Shown: positions 8,594-18,993, counted from the stretch's first letter. The stretch: DNA of 58,389 nucleotides from Bacteroidales bacterium (GCA_031551935.1 JAVBMZ010000076.1:1-58389); one strand, 5' to 3'. Translations and numbers: made by a program. The notes: generated by a model not told the origin, from the letters alone.

Positions 8594-11500
8594 TCCCCGT
8601 TATTGGCTTGGTATGGCTATCCAATCGGATGATGTAAAAATAAGAGTTAACCGGTAAATATTTTCCCATATATTTTCCATCCCATGGTTCGGGATACCCT
8701 TTTTGAGAACGATATAACAATATCCCCCAATTAGCGGAATATACCTCAACAACAGCTTCCGGATACATATCGCGAAGGTGATACAACGTAACGGAATTTG
8801 GAGGCCCTACCATAATCTCCCACCGATCATTGACACCATCGCCATTAGGAGAAAATGCATTAGGTATCCTCAAGCATTCGTCTTTGACATATCCCACCGT
8901 CACTGTTTTAGAAATCGTACAATTCAGCGCATCGGTGACCACCAAAGTATAGTCGCCACTCTTCACATCAGCAATGTTTTGTGACGTACTACCCAGATTT
9001 GGCCAAAGATAAGTATACGGAGGTGTTCCTCCAGAGATGTAAGATCTGATTTCGCCATCATTGATTTCCGAACAGAACGGTGCGTTCACATCAAACAGTA
9101 TTTGCATCGGCGAAGGTTGTACCAACACAATGACCGTATCTATCGCACAATGGTTTTTGTCGGTAACAGCTACCGCATATGACCCTGCTTTCAGATGTTC
9201 CCTGTTTGCCGTGCCTGTTCCCCCCGGCGACCAATTATATTGATAAGGCATCACGCCTCCTCCAACCAAAAGTTGTATGCTGCCATTGTCGCCATCCGGA
9301 CAGATAATATCGGTTGTTGAAGCTTGCAATCTCATCTTGGCAGGTTGCGTAAGCGTTACCTGAGCATTACCCGTACAGTTGAAATTATCTGTAACCAATA
9401 CCTGATAAGTTCCTGCCCTGAGATTATTGATACCAGCTGTAGTTTCACCCGACGACCACTGGTACGTATATGGCGGTCTACCTTGTTGGACATCCACATT
9501 GATCTTTCCAGTATTATTATCAAAACAATCGATACTGTATCCGTTAAAACTGCTCGCCACAACCGTCTGTACGATTAATGGTTTTGGCGTACCCACAATA
9601 CCTTGAGCCTGAAGGGTACACCCATTGGCATCGGTAATGGTCACAGAATAAGTATCTATTGCCAAACCGTCTATTCTTTCCGTGGTATTCAATGTATTCC
9701 ATAAATAAGTGTATCCGGGCGCACCTCCGGTAGGTGCAACAGCCACGTATCCGTCGTTACCGGGAGTACAACTCACGTCTTCGGATGTCAAATTGGCCTG
9801 TATGGCCGTCGGTTCCTCTAAAACATAAGTTTGCGTTTTAGTACATGAATTCACATCTACAATGGTCACCACATAGGTCCCCACACCCAAATCGGATTGG
9901 TTTTGCGCATGGATATTGGTGATGTAAGCATTAGGCTGCCAAGAATAAGTATAACCACCAGGAGCACCTCCCGTAGGATAAAGCTGTATAGAAGCGTTTT
10001 CATCTCCGTTACATTGGATGGAAGATACATCTGCATTGTCCTGTATTTCATTCGGCTGGCTTAGAATGTATGTTGCCGTATCGGCACAAAGTCCGCCAAA
10101 ATACGAAACAATCAACTTATATTCACCAGCAGTCAGGGTAGTTTGGTTTTTAACAGTGGGATTTACTCCGGAACCATCGTCGGTTTTCCATTGATAAGTA
10201 TAGGGTGCACCTTCTCCGCTTACATTGACATCAATCGTACTTGTAGCTCCATAACACGCAATTTGGTATGCGCCACTATTATATTCCGGAATGGTAGCCT
10301 GAATAGTCAATTTGGATGGTTCTGTCAGGGTAAATATCCTGGTTGTGTCACAATGCCCGTTAGCATCATAGCTATTTCTGATGGTAAGTGAATATTCTCC
10401 TGCTTTAAGGGTCTGTTGGGATGGGGAACCATCGACAAGGCCACTATGGTTCACCGTTGTTGCCCAGCGATATTCGTATATCCCTCCATAAGCACCTGTA
10501 ACATTCGATATATTTATCCGGCCTGTTTGGGTGTCAAGACACTTCACTTCATAATCATTTGCATACTTTGGTATGATATAAGCATATTGTATAGGCGGAG
10601 GTTGATTGAGTATTTGTGTCCTAGTTTGATACAGGCACCCCCTACTATCGGTAATAGCCAATAGATAATTTCCTGCATCTAAATGGCTGATAGCCATATC
10701 AGCAGTAGAGAAAGAATGTCCTAACTCTGCTGTATCCGTTTTATAAATAGCACCATCATAATACCAAGTATAGCTAGAGGCTGCAATGGTCAATATGGGT
10801 GTTATCCAACCATCCTGAGCCCCATTACAAGTGATGTTATACTGATTTTCAGGCCCATATTTGGGTATGTTCAGATTATACTGGAAATTATCCCCGAGGT
10901 AATGATCCACCCTTACTTCTTTTTGTGGTAATACACACTTGTTTGCATCAATCACATCAATGAAATATCTTCCTGATCTTAGTCCTTCTGCTTTATAGAC
11001 ATCATATCCTTCCAGTGCATAATCCGGACCTTCCCATTTAAAGTAATAGTTTGCCGTACCTCCACTGACATTCATTGTAATACTTCCTGTGGGGCCGTTA
11101 CAATTAGGGGGATCGACAGTAGCTGTCGCAGTCAATACCGCAGGCTGCATCAATATCATTGTATCAGACAAACCACATCCATGTATTTTATCTTTCACGA
11201 TCACCCAATACTCATTGGCCGAAAGACCAACGATCGTATCAGTACTACCGGTTACATTCCACGTATAATTATAACCTTTACCTTGCCAACCTCCAATGGG
11301 ATCCTTTACATATATTTTCCCGTCAGCAAATCCATTACAACTAATGTTATACCCTCCCACATAGCTTTTGGCCACTAAATCAAATTTCACTGCCGGCGCT
11401 ATATAAATGGTAGTATCTAATGTTTGTCCTTCACACTGTAAAGAGTTTGTTTGAATCACAGGGACAAATGAGTACTTGACCATTTGTACAACATCGGATG

Positions 11501-14500
11501 TATTCTTTAAAAGAGCTTGGCTAAATTCAGTACCACATAGATTTTCAAAATCATACATTCCGACAACAGCAACATTTTCGACATGATTACTAACGACATT
11601 TTTTAAGTCATATTTCATCTGACCAATATAATATTGGTTATTTGATGTCATGGTAAAGCTGGTTCCTGCATCGTAGCATATAGAATCCTGCCCTATGGAT
11701 ACTTTCATCACCGGTGTGGGATTGACCCTAATGGTGATTAATGTGTCAGCTCCTTTACATAATCCATTTTGCTGGGTGACGATTTGAGGAGTAAATTTAT
11801 AATCAACTTTATGAGCCAAAACCGAATTATTATAAATAGTTTGACCAAATTGGCTGTTTTGTTGATGAGGTATGACAACCGATGGTATACTATCATTCGC
11901 TGGGATATTTCCTCTTTCCAACACAAACTTCCACCGTCCGTTCGGATGGTTCAAACTATCGATGGCGAAAATAATAGGAGTTGCATTACAAATCGTATCT
12001 GCACTCGCCACAACACTGATGAATGGTGTTGGCTCAACAATAACAGTGTATGTCATTGTATGTGGAGATAGACAAACTTCTGTCCTATTGGTAAAATGGA
12101 TAGACGGACGCAAAGCATATTCTACAGACTGGGCAGAAGCAGATAAATTATCCAATCTATTCCTAAGATAAGATGAATTATTGACAATATATTCCCTGCC
12201 AGAAGACGTCTCGTCACTTGTGACATTCGCGTTGCTACTGACTATCTCCCATTCGTAATACACTCTGGCTCGTGGACTACGGGTTGAGGTTGTTCTCACC
12301 GGCAAATTGGTCTGGGTTTCATCGCAAATACTGGTATCGCGGAACATGACAAGCCTTGGCTGAGGATTCACCCAAACAGTAGTCGAAATATCGTCCAGCA
12401 CACAACGATGATATATCTTCGGAGTAATGGTAAAAACAACTATTTTAGCAGAATCACTACTGTTGAACAATTGCTGTACGATGGTATCATTGGCCGACAA
12501 TGAACCGTTCGTCTGTGCTGACGAAATATGTGTGGGTAATGTGATGTTCCATATCCAATCAGTAACATCGGTATAGTTTGGATTGGATAACACAAGTTCT
12601 GTTTCTCCACCGCTACATAGTTCTTGCAACACTGGGCTTACTGCCGGAGCAGGAATTTGCTCTCCATGGTATTTTACTACCACATAAGCGACACAAGAAT
12701 CTTTATTTCCACTCCGGTCTGTCACCGTCAATGTCACAGGATTCAATTTACCTACGTGCGAGCAATTAAATTCCGTACTATCCAAACTGAGTGCATTTAA
12801 CGGTAGCGTACAATTATCCCAGCTACCACCGTCAATCATATCCGGCGTAATGGAAACTGTACCATTTGCTCCCAGTTCTATTTCAATTTGTGTGCTTCGG
12901 CACACAGCTTTTGGGGCGATGGTGTCTTTAACTATGACGTGGGTATGGCAAGAATCAATATTGCCACATGCATCGGCAACAAACAATGTAACCGAGACCA
13001 ATCCTACATCGTCGCAAGCAAATAATAAACTCGAAGTAGGGAGATCAGTATTACCTGTTCTTCGTATTGTATAGGTAAGATGATTGACATCATCACAATT
13101 ATCAATACTATTGTCGTTGATGCTTTGGGCAAACAAAACAGCTCTACCATGTTCATCCAAATAAACAGTATCATTTTTGCACAGTACCGTCGGAGCTACC
13201 GTATCCTTTACAACAATAGTTTGTGTATATAAATCCGACTCATTGCCACATTCATCTTTGAAACGCCATTGACGGATAATTTTATATGAAAAAGGACAAG
13301 CGCCCGCTATAGAATCCCTGGAAACAAGTATCAACTGGAGATCTTCGGCGGCGGAACAATTATCGGTTGCCACCGGCGCCAACAACAAAGCGTCATTTAT
13401 CCTCATTTGATCATCGCATCCCAATAGTTTATCCAATGAACCAGCCGATGTAACAATAACCGGAGCCACAGTATCCACCACGGTGATGGTTTGTTGAAAC
13501 AACGCCGACTCGTTATCGCATTCATCCTTGAAACGCCATTGACGAATAATTTCATATGAAGAAGGACAACCATGATAAATGGTATCCACCGATACCAACA
13601 TGAGTTGAAGATTAGTCGCTGCGGAACAATTATCAGTCGCCGTTGGCTTCAATGCCAAAGCATTGGTCATCTCCACTTGATCATCGCATCCCACAAGCCT
13701 ATCCAGTGATTCGGCCAACGTGACAATAACCGGAGCAACGGTATCTACCACAATAATGGTTTGTTGGAACAATGCCGACTCATTACCACATTCATCCTTG
13801 AAACGCCATTGACGGATAATTTCATATGAAGACGGGCAAGCACCCGGTACTGAGTCTCTTACAACAAGCTCCAACTGGAGAAGATCTGCGGCAGAACAAT
13901 TATCTACAGCCGTCGGTTGCAAAGCCATCGCATGAAACAATCCTGCCTGATCATCACAACTCAGCAGTGTATCTAATATACCTGCTATAGTTGTAATTAT
14001 CGGAGCCACGGTATCCACAACCACAATATTTTGTACAAATTCATTCGACTCATTACCGCATTCATCTGTAAACTTCCATTTGCGAATAATAGTATAAGAA
14101 GATGGACAACCTTGGTTGATAGAATCTTTGCTATAGGTCACCCGCAAGTCAGCCACAGAGGTACAATTATCCGTAACTTCGGGCGACAATGCCAATGCAA
14201 CAGCCATGCCGATTTGATCATCGCAGCTTAACAGTGTATCCAGCGCTCCAATTGGCGTAATAATAACAGGGGGTTGCGTATCCTTCACTGTAATGGTTTG
14301 GACAAACTCATTCGACCTATTACCATACGCGTCCTCAAAGATCCATTTACGTTCCATCACGTACGATTTAGGACAATCAGGATCAAATATTTGTGCCGTT
14401 TGTACAAACATTTTCAATTTATTGACCGGAGTACAGTTATCGCTTGCCTCCGGTCTGGAAGACAACCATGTATTGATCAGATCCTGATCGTAACATTCCG

Positions 14501-17171
14501 CAACCAAGTCCAACGAACCCGGCACCGAAATAATAACCGGTGCTTCATTATCGGTAATCGTAACATCATACGACTTAGTATCTATGACATCATTACCAAA
14601 ATAAAAAGTCCATGTAACATGAGTTGTTCCCACTTTCAAATCCGCATCCGCCAAAGAAGCTAACCCATTGATGTCGTTTTTATAATTGAAAGACGATAAA
14701 TTTCCACACTTACTGATCTGCGGATCAAATTCACTACCAATCACTTTATAAAAACACTGTCCAGGTGTATTATTTTTACTTTGGTCTCCCGGTATCGTAA
14801 TCTCAGGAACCACAGTTACCAAGAAAGTACATGATTCTGTACCAAGAGAAAAGTCATAATAATAGGTAACAAAAGTTACTCCAATATTAAAACGTTTCCC
14901 GCTTGCATCGGCATCGGTGCTATTAAATAAGGTGGCGCCGGCAAACTCATACCCTCCGTAGCTGATGATTCCTGCGTCGGCAGCAAGGGAAATTCCATTG
15001 ACCACAGCATCACATTCACTACCGACAACCGAGGTAATCACACTGGCCGGACAAGGATAATTTTGAACATTGATCACACACGATTTAGTTGCTACCAGAA
15101 CATTACCGACATAGAAAGACCATATAACATGTGTGGTTCCTGTCGGGAATTCAGCGCCAGTTAATGTTGACAAACCATTGAAATTATTTTCATAACGAAA
15201 TCCTGATGGGATGGCACAAGTAAATGTTGGGTCAAGTCCGTTACCAGGCACTCGGAAAACAGACGTTGCCGGAACATTGATTTGCACCGTCCGGTTTTCG
15301 ATATTTTCAATTTCAGGTATTACATGAATCAAAAAACTACATCCGATACTATGAGAAATATCAGTGCCAAACCAAACCACCGCTGAAGTAGTTCCTGCAT
15401 TGAATCTATTACCATCCACAGGGTTCGTTGTAGCCCCTGTAAATTCATACTGTCCATCTGTCCAGGAAAGTGCAGGATGATTCACTGTGGTATAACATTG
15501 ACCGGCATCTACCGATACAATGATATCATCAGGGCATTCCAATGCTTCAATAGTCACCGTAAACGACAGCCTTTTTACTACCTGATGATCAACCAAACAA
15601 GTCCATTCAATAGTCGTTGTTCCCACTGGCAATGCAGCTCCGCCCAAGGTGGATGCTCCGTTAAAACTATTCCGGTATTCAAGCCCCGACACTGACAAAT
15701 CACAATCCGGATCAAATTCATTACCAGCCACCTGATATGAAATTTCCCCTGCGCCAATCAACCTCGTTTGGTCCTCGGGTATTGCAGGAAGTACTGTTAC
15801 CTGAAAAGTACAGTATCTCCTTCCGCCATCCATAAAGATATACTCCACGGTATGTACCCCTACGCTAAATGTTTCGCCACTCGCATCATAGCCATTTTTA
15901 GGAATACCATCCATCAAATAATTTTCAACCGTTACCCCACCACCGGCTAAAAAAGAAATTCCATTGACCACCGCATCACATTGGCCAGATGGTGCTGAAA
16001 CTACCGTATCAGGCGGGCAATTAGAAGAGGAAACCCTAATCGTAACCTCGAAAGATTTGGCGCCTGCAAAAACTCCATCAGTATAGAAAAACCATTCCAC
16101 TTGGTGGGTACCTACAGAAAGTGTAGTGCCCGCTAAAGTTGTCAGAAGCGATCCGTCTAAGGAAATTTTGTAGGACAATCCAGCTAAACCGCAAGCCTGG
16201 TCGATCAGTGGATCAAATTCGCCACCCTGCGCTGTGTAAAAAGTTTCTCCGGGGGCAATATACCTCGTTTGATTGGTCGGTACGGTGATGTGCGGTAATA
16301 CCGTCACATGGAAAGAACAAGTTTGTGTTGGCGTATATAATGTGAAAAATAAATACGTTACTTCATGCCTCCCCAGGTTAAAAAGCTCATTACTCGCGTC
16401 ATCTCCATCTTTAATGTATCCATCAACTTCGTATGTAATAATAGCCGGAGCATCCTCATCAATTAAAAGAGCAAGCCCATCTATCGTAGTTGTGCATTGT
16501 CCTTCAGGAAGATATACTACCGTATCAGGCGGGCAATAAGAAGATGCTTTGATGGTGACTTCAAAAGATTTAATGTCTGCAAGAACTCCGTTAAAATAGA
16601 AAAAATATTCAATATGATGGGCACCTACAAGAAGTGTAGTGCCCGCTAAAGTCGTCAGGGGTGCCCCATTGAAGATAATTTTGTAAGAAAATCCTGACAA
16701 ATTACAAGTCTGATCAATCAATGGGTCAAATTCTCCACCCATCACTGTATAAAAAGTCTCTCCGGCAGCAATTTGCCTTGTCTGATTGGACAGCGTGGGA
16801 AAGTGCGGCAATACCGTTACATGGGATAAACAGTATCTCATCTCCATATTGACATAACCCACTTCGTGTACCCCTATGCTAAATGTTTCACCACTCGCAT
16901 CGTCGCCATTTATTTGATAAAAATCAATAAAGCAAAGCAAAACGCCGTCGTCCCCTAAATAAGAAATTCCATCGACCACAGCGTCGCATTGACCCAACTG
17001 TGCCAAAACTACCGTATCCCGTGGACAGGGATAATTGAAATTATTTTCTTGTGCTTGAGTTTGTGCCCAAAAACAACAAATCCCGCAACATAACATAAGC
17101 ATGATGCGGTATCTGGAAACAGCACGAAAAACACACTGTGTTAGATACATATTAGCTCGTTTATCGCTCAA
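8574..17171 (-). CDS. Giant SprB-like gliding-motility/T9SS cell-surface adhesin (2865 aa)
   Basis: Signal peptide around RYRIMLMLCCGICCFWAQTQAQ (the true start may be 17150 or 17102). About seven HYR-like bipartite modules (CPxDTVV...GQCxAVV). Five ~92-aa DTxAPVI...DNC...CPSSYxIxRxWxFxDECGNES modules. Ten SprB-type repeats (ISCNGFADGKI, ITCNGAQDGWI, IQCNGDENASI, IICPDGDNGSI and others, about 8880-11355). C-terminal IPNAFSPNGDGVNDRWEI sorting domain. Confidence 0.9.
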   Translation of the reverse strand: MSDKRANMYLTQCVFRAVSRYRIMLMLCCGICCFWAQTQAQENNFNYPCPRDTVVLAQLGQCDAVVDGISYLGDDGVLLCFIDFYQINGDDASGETFSIGVHEVGYVNMEMRYCLSHVTVLPHFPTLSNQTRQIAAGETFYTVMGGEFDPLIDQTCNLSGFSYKIIFNGAPLTTLAGTTLLVGAHHIEYFFYFNGVLADIKSFEVTIKASSYCPPDTVVYLPEGQCTTTIDGLALLIDEDAPAIITYEVDGYIKDGDDASNELFNLGRHEVTYLFFTLYTPTQTCSFHVTVLPHITVPTNQTRYIAPGETFYTAQGGEFDPLIDQACGLAGLSYKISLDGSLLTTLAGTTLSVGTHQVEWFFYTDGVFAGAKSFEVTIRVSSSNCPPDTVVSAPSGQCDAVVNGISFLAGGGVTVENYLMDGIPKNGYDASGETFSVGVHTVEYIFMDGGRRYCTFQVTVLPAIPEDQTRLIGAGEISYQVAGNEFDPDCDLSVSGLEYRNSFNGASTLGGAALPVGTTTIEWTCLVDHQVVKRLSFTVTIEALECPDDIIVSVDAGQCYTTVNHPALSWTDGQYEFTGATTNPVDGNRFNAGTTSAVVWFGTDISHSIGCSFLIHVIPEIENIENRTVQINVPATSVFRVPGNGLDPTFTCAIPSGFRYENNFNGLSTLTGAEFPTGTTHVIWSFYVGNVLVATKSCVINVQNYPCPASVITSVVGSECDAVVNGISLAADAGIISYGGYEFAGATLFNSTDADASGKRFNIGVTFVTYYYDFSLGTESCTFLVTVVPEITIPGDQSKNNTPGQCFYKVIGSEFDPQISKCGNLSSFNYKNDINGLASLADADLKVGTTHVTWTFYFGNDVIDTKSYDVTITDNEAPVIISVPGSLDLVAECYDQDLINTWLSSRPEASDNCTPVNKLKMFVQTAQIFDPDCPKSYVMERKWIFEDAYGNRSNEFVQTITVKDTQPPVIITPIGALDTLLSCDDQIGMAVALALSPEVTDNCTSVADLRVTYSKDSINQGCPSSYTIIRKWKFTDECGNESNEFVQNIVVVDTVAPIITTIAGILDTLLSCDDQAGLFHAMALQPTAVDNCSAADLLQLELVVRDSVPGACPSSYEIIRQWRFKDECGNESALFQQTIIVVDTVAPVIVTLAESLDRLVGCDDQVEMTNALALKPTATDNCSAATNLQLMLVSVDTIYHGCPSSYEIIRQWRFKDECDNESALFQQTITVVDTVAPVIVTSAGSLDKLLGCDDQMRINDALLLAPVATDNCSAAEDLQLILVSRDSIAGACPFSYKIIRQWRFKDECGNESDLYTQTIVVKDTVAPTVLCKNDTVYLDEHGRAVLFAQSINDNSIDNCDDVNHLTYTIRRTGNTDLPTSSLLFACDDVGLVSVTLFVADACGNIDSCHTHVIVKDTIAPKAVCRSTQIEIELGANGTVSITPDMIDGGSWDNCTLPLNALSLDSTEFNCSHVGKLNPVTLTVTDRSGNKDSCVAYVVVKYHGEQIPAPAVSPVLQELCSGGETELVLSNPNYTDVTDWIWNITLPTHISSAQTNGSLSANDTIVQQLFNSSDSAKIVVFTITPKIYHRCVLDDISTTVWVNPQPRLVMFRDTSICDETQTNLPVRTTSTRSPRARVYYEWEIVSSNANVTSDETSSGREYIVNNSSYLRNRLDNLSASAQSVEYALRPSIHFTNRTEVCLSPHTMTYTVIVEPTPFISVVASADTICNATPIIFAIDSLNHPNGRWKFVLERGNIPANDSIPSVVIPHQQNSQFGQTIYNNSVLAHKVDYKFTPQIVTQQNGLCKGADTLITIRVNPTPVMKVSIGQDSICYDAGTSFTMTSNNQYYIGQMKYDLKNVVSNHVENVAVVGMYDFENLCGTEFSQALLKNTSDVVQMVKYSFVPVIQTNSLQCEGQTLDTTIYIAPAVKFDLVAKSYVGGYNISCNGFADGKIYVKDPIGGWQGKGYNYTWNVTGSTDTIVGLSANEYWVIVKDKIHGCGLSDTMILMQPAVLTATATVDPPNCNGPTGSITMNVSGGTANYYFKWEGPDYALEGYDVYKAEGLRSGRYFIDVIDANKCVLPQKEVRVDHYLGDNFQYNLNIPKYGPENQYNITCNGAQDGWITPILTIAASSYTWYYDGAIYKTDTAELGHSFSTADMAISHLDAGNYLLAITDSRGCLYQTRTQILNQPPPIQYAYIIPKYANDYEVKCLDTQTGRINISNVTGAYGGIYEYRWATTVNHSGLVDGSPSQQTLKAGEYSLTIRNSYDANGHCDTTRIFTLTEPSKLTIQATIPEYNSGAYQIACYGATSTIDVNVSGEGAPYTYQWKTDDGSGVNPTVKNQTTLTAGEYKLIVSYFGGLCADTATYILSQPNEIQDNADVSSIQCNGDENASIQLYPTGGAPGGYTYSWQPNAYITNIHAQNQSDLGVGTYVVTIVDVNSCTKTQTYVLEEPTAIQANLTSEDVSCTPGNDGYVAVAPTGGAPGYTYLWNTLNTTERIDGLAIDTYSVTITDANGCTLQAQGIVGTPKPLIVQTVVASSFNGYSIDCFDNNTGKINVDVQQGRPPYTYQWSSGETTAGINNLRAGTYQVLVTDNFNCTGNAQVTLTQPAKMRLQASTTDIICPDGDNGSIQLLVGGGVMPYQYNWSPGGTGTANREHLKAGSYAVAVTDKNHCAIDTVIVLVQPSPMQILFDVNAPFCSEINDGEIRSYISGGTPPYTYLWPNLGSTSQNIADVKSGDYTLVVTDALNCTISKTVTVGYVKDECLRIPNAFSPNGDGVNDRWEIMVGPPNSVTLYHLRDMYPEAVVEVYSANWGILLYRSQKGYPEPWDGKYMGKYLPVNSYFYIIRLDSHTKPITGNVTIIR
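8577..8879 (-). other. T9SS type-B (gliding motility-associated, CHU_C-like) C-terminal sorting domain of the adhesin
   Basis: Last 101 aa: ECLRIPNAFSPNGDGVNDRWEI...YFYIIRLDSHTKPITGNVTIIR. The AFSPNGDGxND motif is the hallmark of this domain. Confidence 0.85.
13190..14568 (-). repeat. Five tandem ~270-285-nt intragenic repeats; the three proximal copies share long identical DNA blocks
   Basis: Blocks such as cattcatcYttgaaacgccattgacgRataatttYatatgaa recur at about 13250, 13520 and 13790 (period 270 nt). More diverged copies lie near 14060 and 14320. Other recurring blocks are gcggaacaattatc and acaataaccggagc. Confidence 0.85.
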
Positions 17172-17346
17172 ATTTTGAACTTTACGATTTATGTATTATA
17201 CGGTTTTGAACATATAAAGTTCCAAATATACTCATTTTTCGTGGGGGAATATTTCGACTATCACGCAAAAAATAACGCTTTTACATGAATGTCAGGATTT
17301 TTTTGACTAAAAAATGGTACCTTTATATCATTTAAAAATAATTGTC

Positions 17347-18027
17347 ATGAGTGAGGTAGCACAAAATATCAAGGAACTGCAAACCCATATCCCGCCGCAC
17401 GTGAAGATAGTGGCAGTGAGCAAAACCAAGACTGTTGAGGCAATTCGAGAAGCCATGCAGGCAGGACAACACCTTTTCGGCGAGAATAAAGTACAAGAGT
17501 TAACCGAAAAATATGAACAAATACCTGAAGCACAATGGCATTTCATCGGGCATCTACAGACCAACAAGGTCAAATACATGGCATCTTTTGTACAAATGAT
17601 ACATTCGGTAGATTCTTTTCGTGTCCTCGAAGAAATTAACAAACAAGCAGCAAAATATCGTCGTGTAATTGACTGTTTACTGCAAATACATATTGCCCGC
17701 GAGGAAACTAAATTTGGATTGAGTGAGCAGGAAGCACTTCAATTATTGGATATACCAGCATTACAAAATTTAGAGCATATCAGGATTTGTGGATTAATGG
17801 GCATTGCAAGCTATACAGAAGACACAAATTCTATTCGCAATGAATTTCAAAGATTGGCCAATTTTCACAAGCGCATCAAACGTGATTATTTTTCCACAAC
17901 CGATTTCTTTCACGAGCTTTCGATGGGCATGTCGAACGATTACCGAATCGCTATTGAAGAAGGTAGTACCATGGTCAGGATAGGATCATTGATTTTCGGA
18001 GAAAGGGTATATAATGAGGAGGAATGA
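17347..18027 (+). CDS. yggS: YggS-family pyridoxal-phosphate homeostasis protein
   Basis: MSEVAQNIKEL...VKIVAVSKTKTVEAIREA...GENKVQEL...WHFIGHLQTNKVKY...LSMGMSNDY. The PLP-Lys motif AVSKT is present. I prefer the ATG at 17347 to the track start at 17314. Confidence 0.9.
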   Translation: MSEVAQNIKELQTHIPPHVKIVAVSKTKTVEAIREAMQAGQHLFGENKVQELTEKYEQIPEAQWHFIGHLQTNKVKYMASFVQMIHSVDSFRVLEEINKQAAKYRRVIDCLLQIHIAREETKFGLSEQEALQLLDIPALQNLEHIRICGLMGIASYTEDTNSIRNEFQRLANFHKRIKRDYFSTTDFFHELSMGMSNDYRIAIEEGSTMVRIGSLIFGERVYNEEE

Positions 18028-18066
18028 ACCATCAAAGCAAATCATAAAATTTTTTCGATATATTGT

Positions 18067-18852
18067 TCAGAATGCATACCTCAGTTTGAAGCTGAATTCG
18101 TAACGATAAGGAGCTTCTTTCAAGAGAGGAAAGATAACTTCCGCCGAGACGACAAATTTATCCGTTACAGAATACCCAAATTCTACATCTAACGGCAAGT
18201 CAAAATATTCGGTATCAAAGTCATATGTCCACGTAGCATAATATCCTAAATACCAACGAGGCCGCCAAATGTCGATATTAGGCATAAAAGCCAATATATT
18301 GACCTGATCACGATCCGAATCGCCCGCAAATGAAAATCGATATTCTACAGCCAACAAAATACTTCCTTTATCATCATTTTCACCAAAATAGTAGTTTCCA
18401 CCAATAGCAGGACGCAATTGCCATTTTCCCCCGCCTAATGCATCGGAGGTAGCTGTTGGCAACACAACCTGCATGGCATAACCCAGGAACCAATGTTTTA
18501 TTTCAAATACATAGCGTGTATAACGCAAACTAATATCCGACAGTCCAACATTAGTTTTTCCGTCCGGAGTCATATTACTACGCCCCAAAGGTAGATCGAA
18601 ACGAAAATGATTTCGCATTTTCAACGTATACACCGACCGGATATAGTAACTTTCATAAAAACCATTGTTATCATAATTGGTACGATCATACCGCGGGCTA
18701 ATGTATGTGAAGTCCTTGAATGGATAAGCAAATTCTTCGATATTCCGCCCACCATGCGTGACAACTGGTTCTTTTTTGTCCTGTCCATGAATAAACTCTA
18801 TCAAACAAAAAGACAAACATGTGGAAAAAGCAGCCATCATTAGGATACGCAT
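18067..18852 (-). CDS. Outer-membrane beta-barrel protein, resembling the 'transporter/MetA-pathway' OMP family
   Basis: 261 aa. Signal peptide MRILMMAAFSTCLSFCLIEFIHGQ. Alternating beta-strand pattern. VLPTATSDALGGGKWQLRPAIG resembles the LPTG...G.G motif of that family. C-terminal aromatic residue (…LRYAF). Confidence 0.6.
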   Translation of the reverse strand: MRILMMAAFSTCLSFCLIEFIHGQDKKEPVVTHGGRNIEEFAYPFKDFTYISPRYDRTNYDNNGFYESYYIRSVYTLKMRNHFRFDLPLGRSNMTPDGKTNVGLSDISLRYTRYVFEIKHWFLGYAMQVVLPTATSDALGGGKWQLRPAIGGNYYFGENDDKGSILLAVEYRFSFAGDSDRDQVNILAFMPNIDIWRPRWYLGYYATWTYDFDTEYFDLPLDVEFGYSVTDKFVVSAEVIFPLLKEAPYRYEFSFKLRYAF

Positions 18853-18863
18853 CGTGTGAGCAT

Positions 18864-18989
18864 GAAAATGTTAATATTTATTCTAATATATTTAAGATAT
18901 ACATTAAAAATGTTAATATTTATCTTAAATCACTTAAGATACGCATTAAAAATATTAATGCTTACCTTAATTTATTTAATGTAAACATT
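18864..18989. repeat. Three degenerate tandem 42-bp units, each containing a 7-N5-7 inverted repeat (operator-like array)
   Basis: Units at 18864-18905, 18906-18947 and 18948-18989, with 33/42 and 31/42 identities by hand alignment. Consensus: AAAAATGTTAATATTTAT-CTTAA-N5-TTAAGATA-NN-CATT. Unit 2 has the perfect inverted repeat ATCTTAA-N5-TTAAGAT (18922-18940). The array fills the gap between the hdrD-like stop (18994) and the OMP start (18852). Confidence 0.8.
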
Positions 18990-18993
18990 AAAA

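Noticed and set aside
8778-16539. Many 60-130-aa antisense or + strand ORFs inside the SprB-like gene (for example 14274..14663, 11769..12071, 16273..16539)
   Set aside because: All are embedded in the 8.6-kb minus-strand ORF with clear domain structure. They are repeat-driven shadow ORFs.
18864-18989. Possibility that the 42-bp repeats are a mini CRISPR array
   Set aside because: The units are directly adjacent, with no unique spacers, only three degenerate copies and an AT-rich composition. There are no cas genes in the window.
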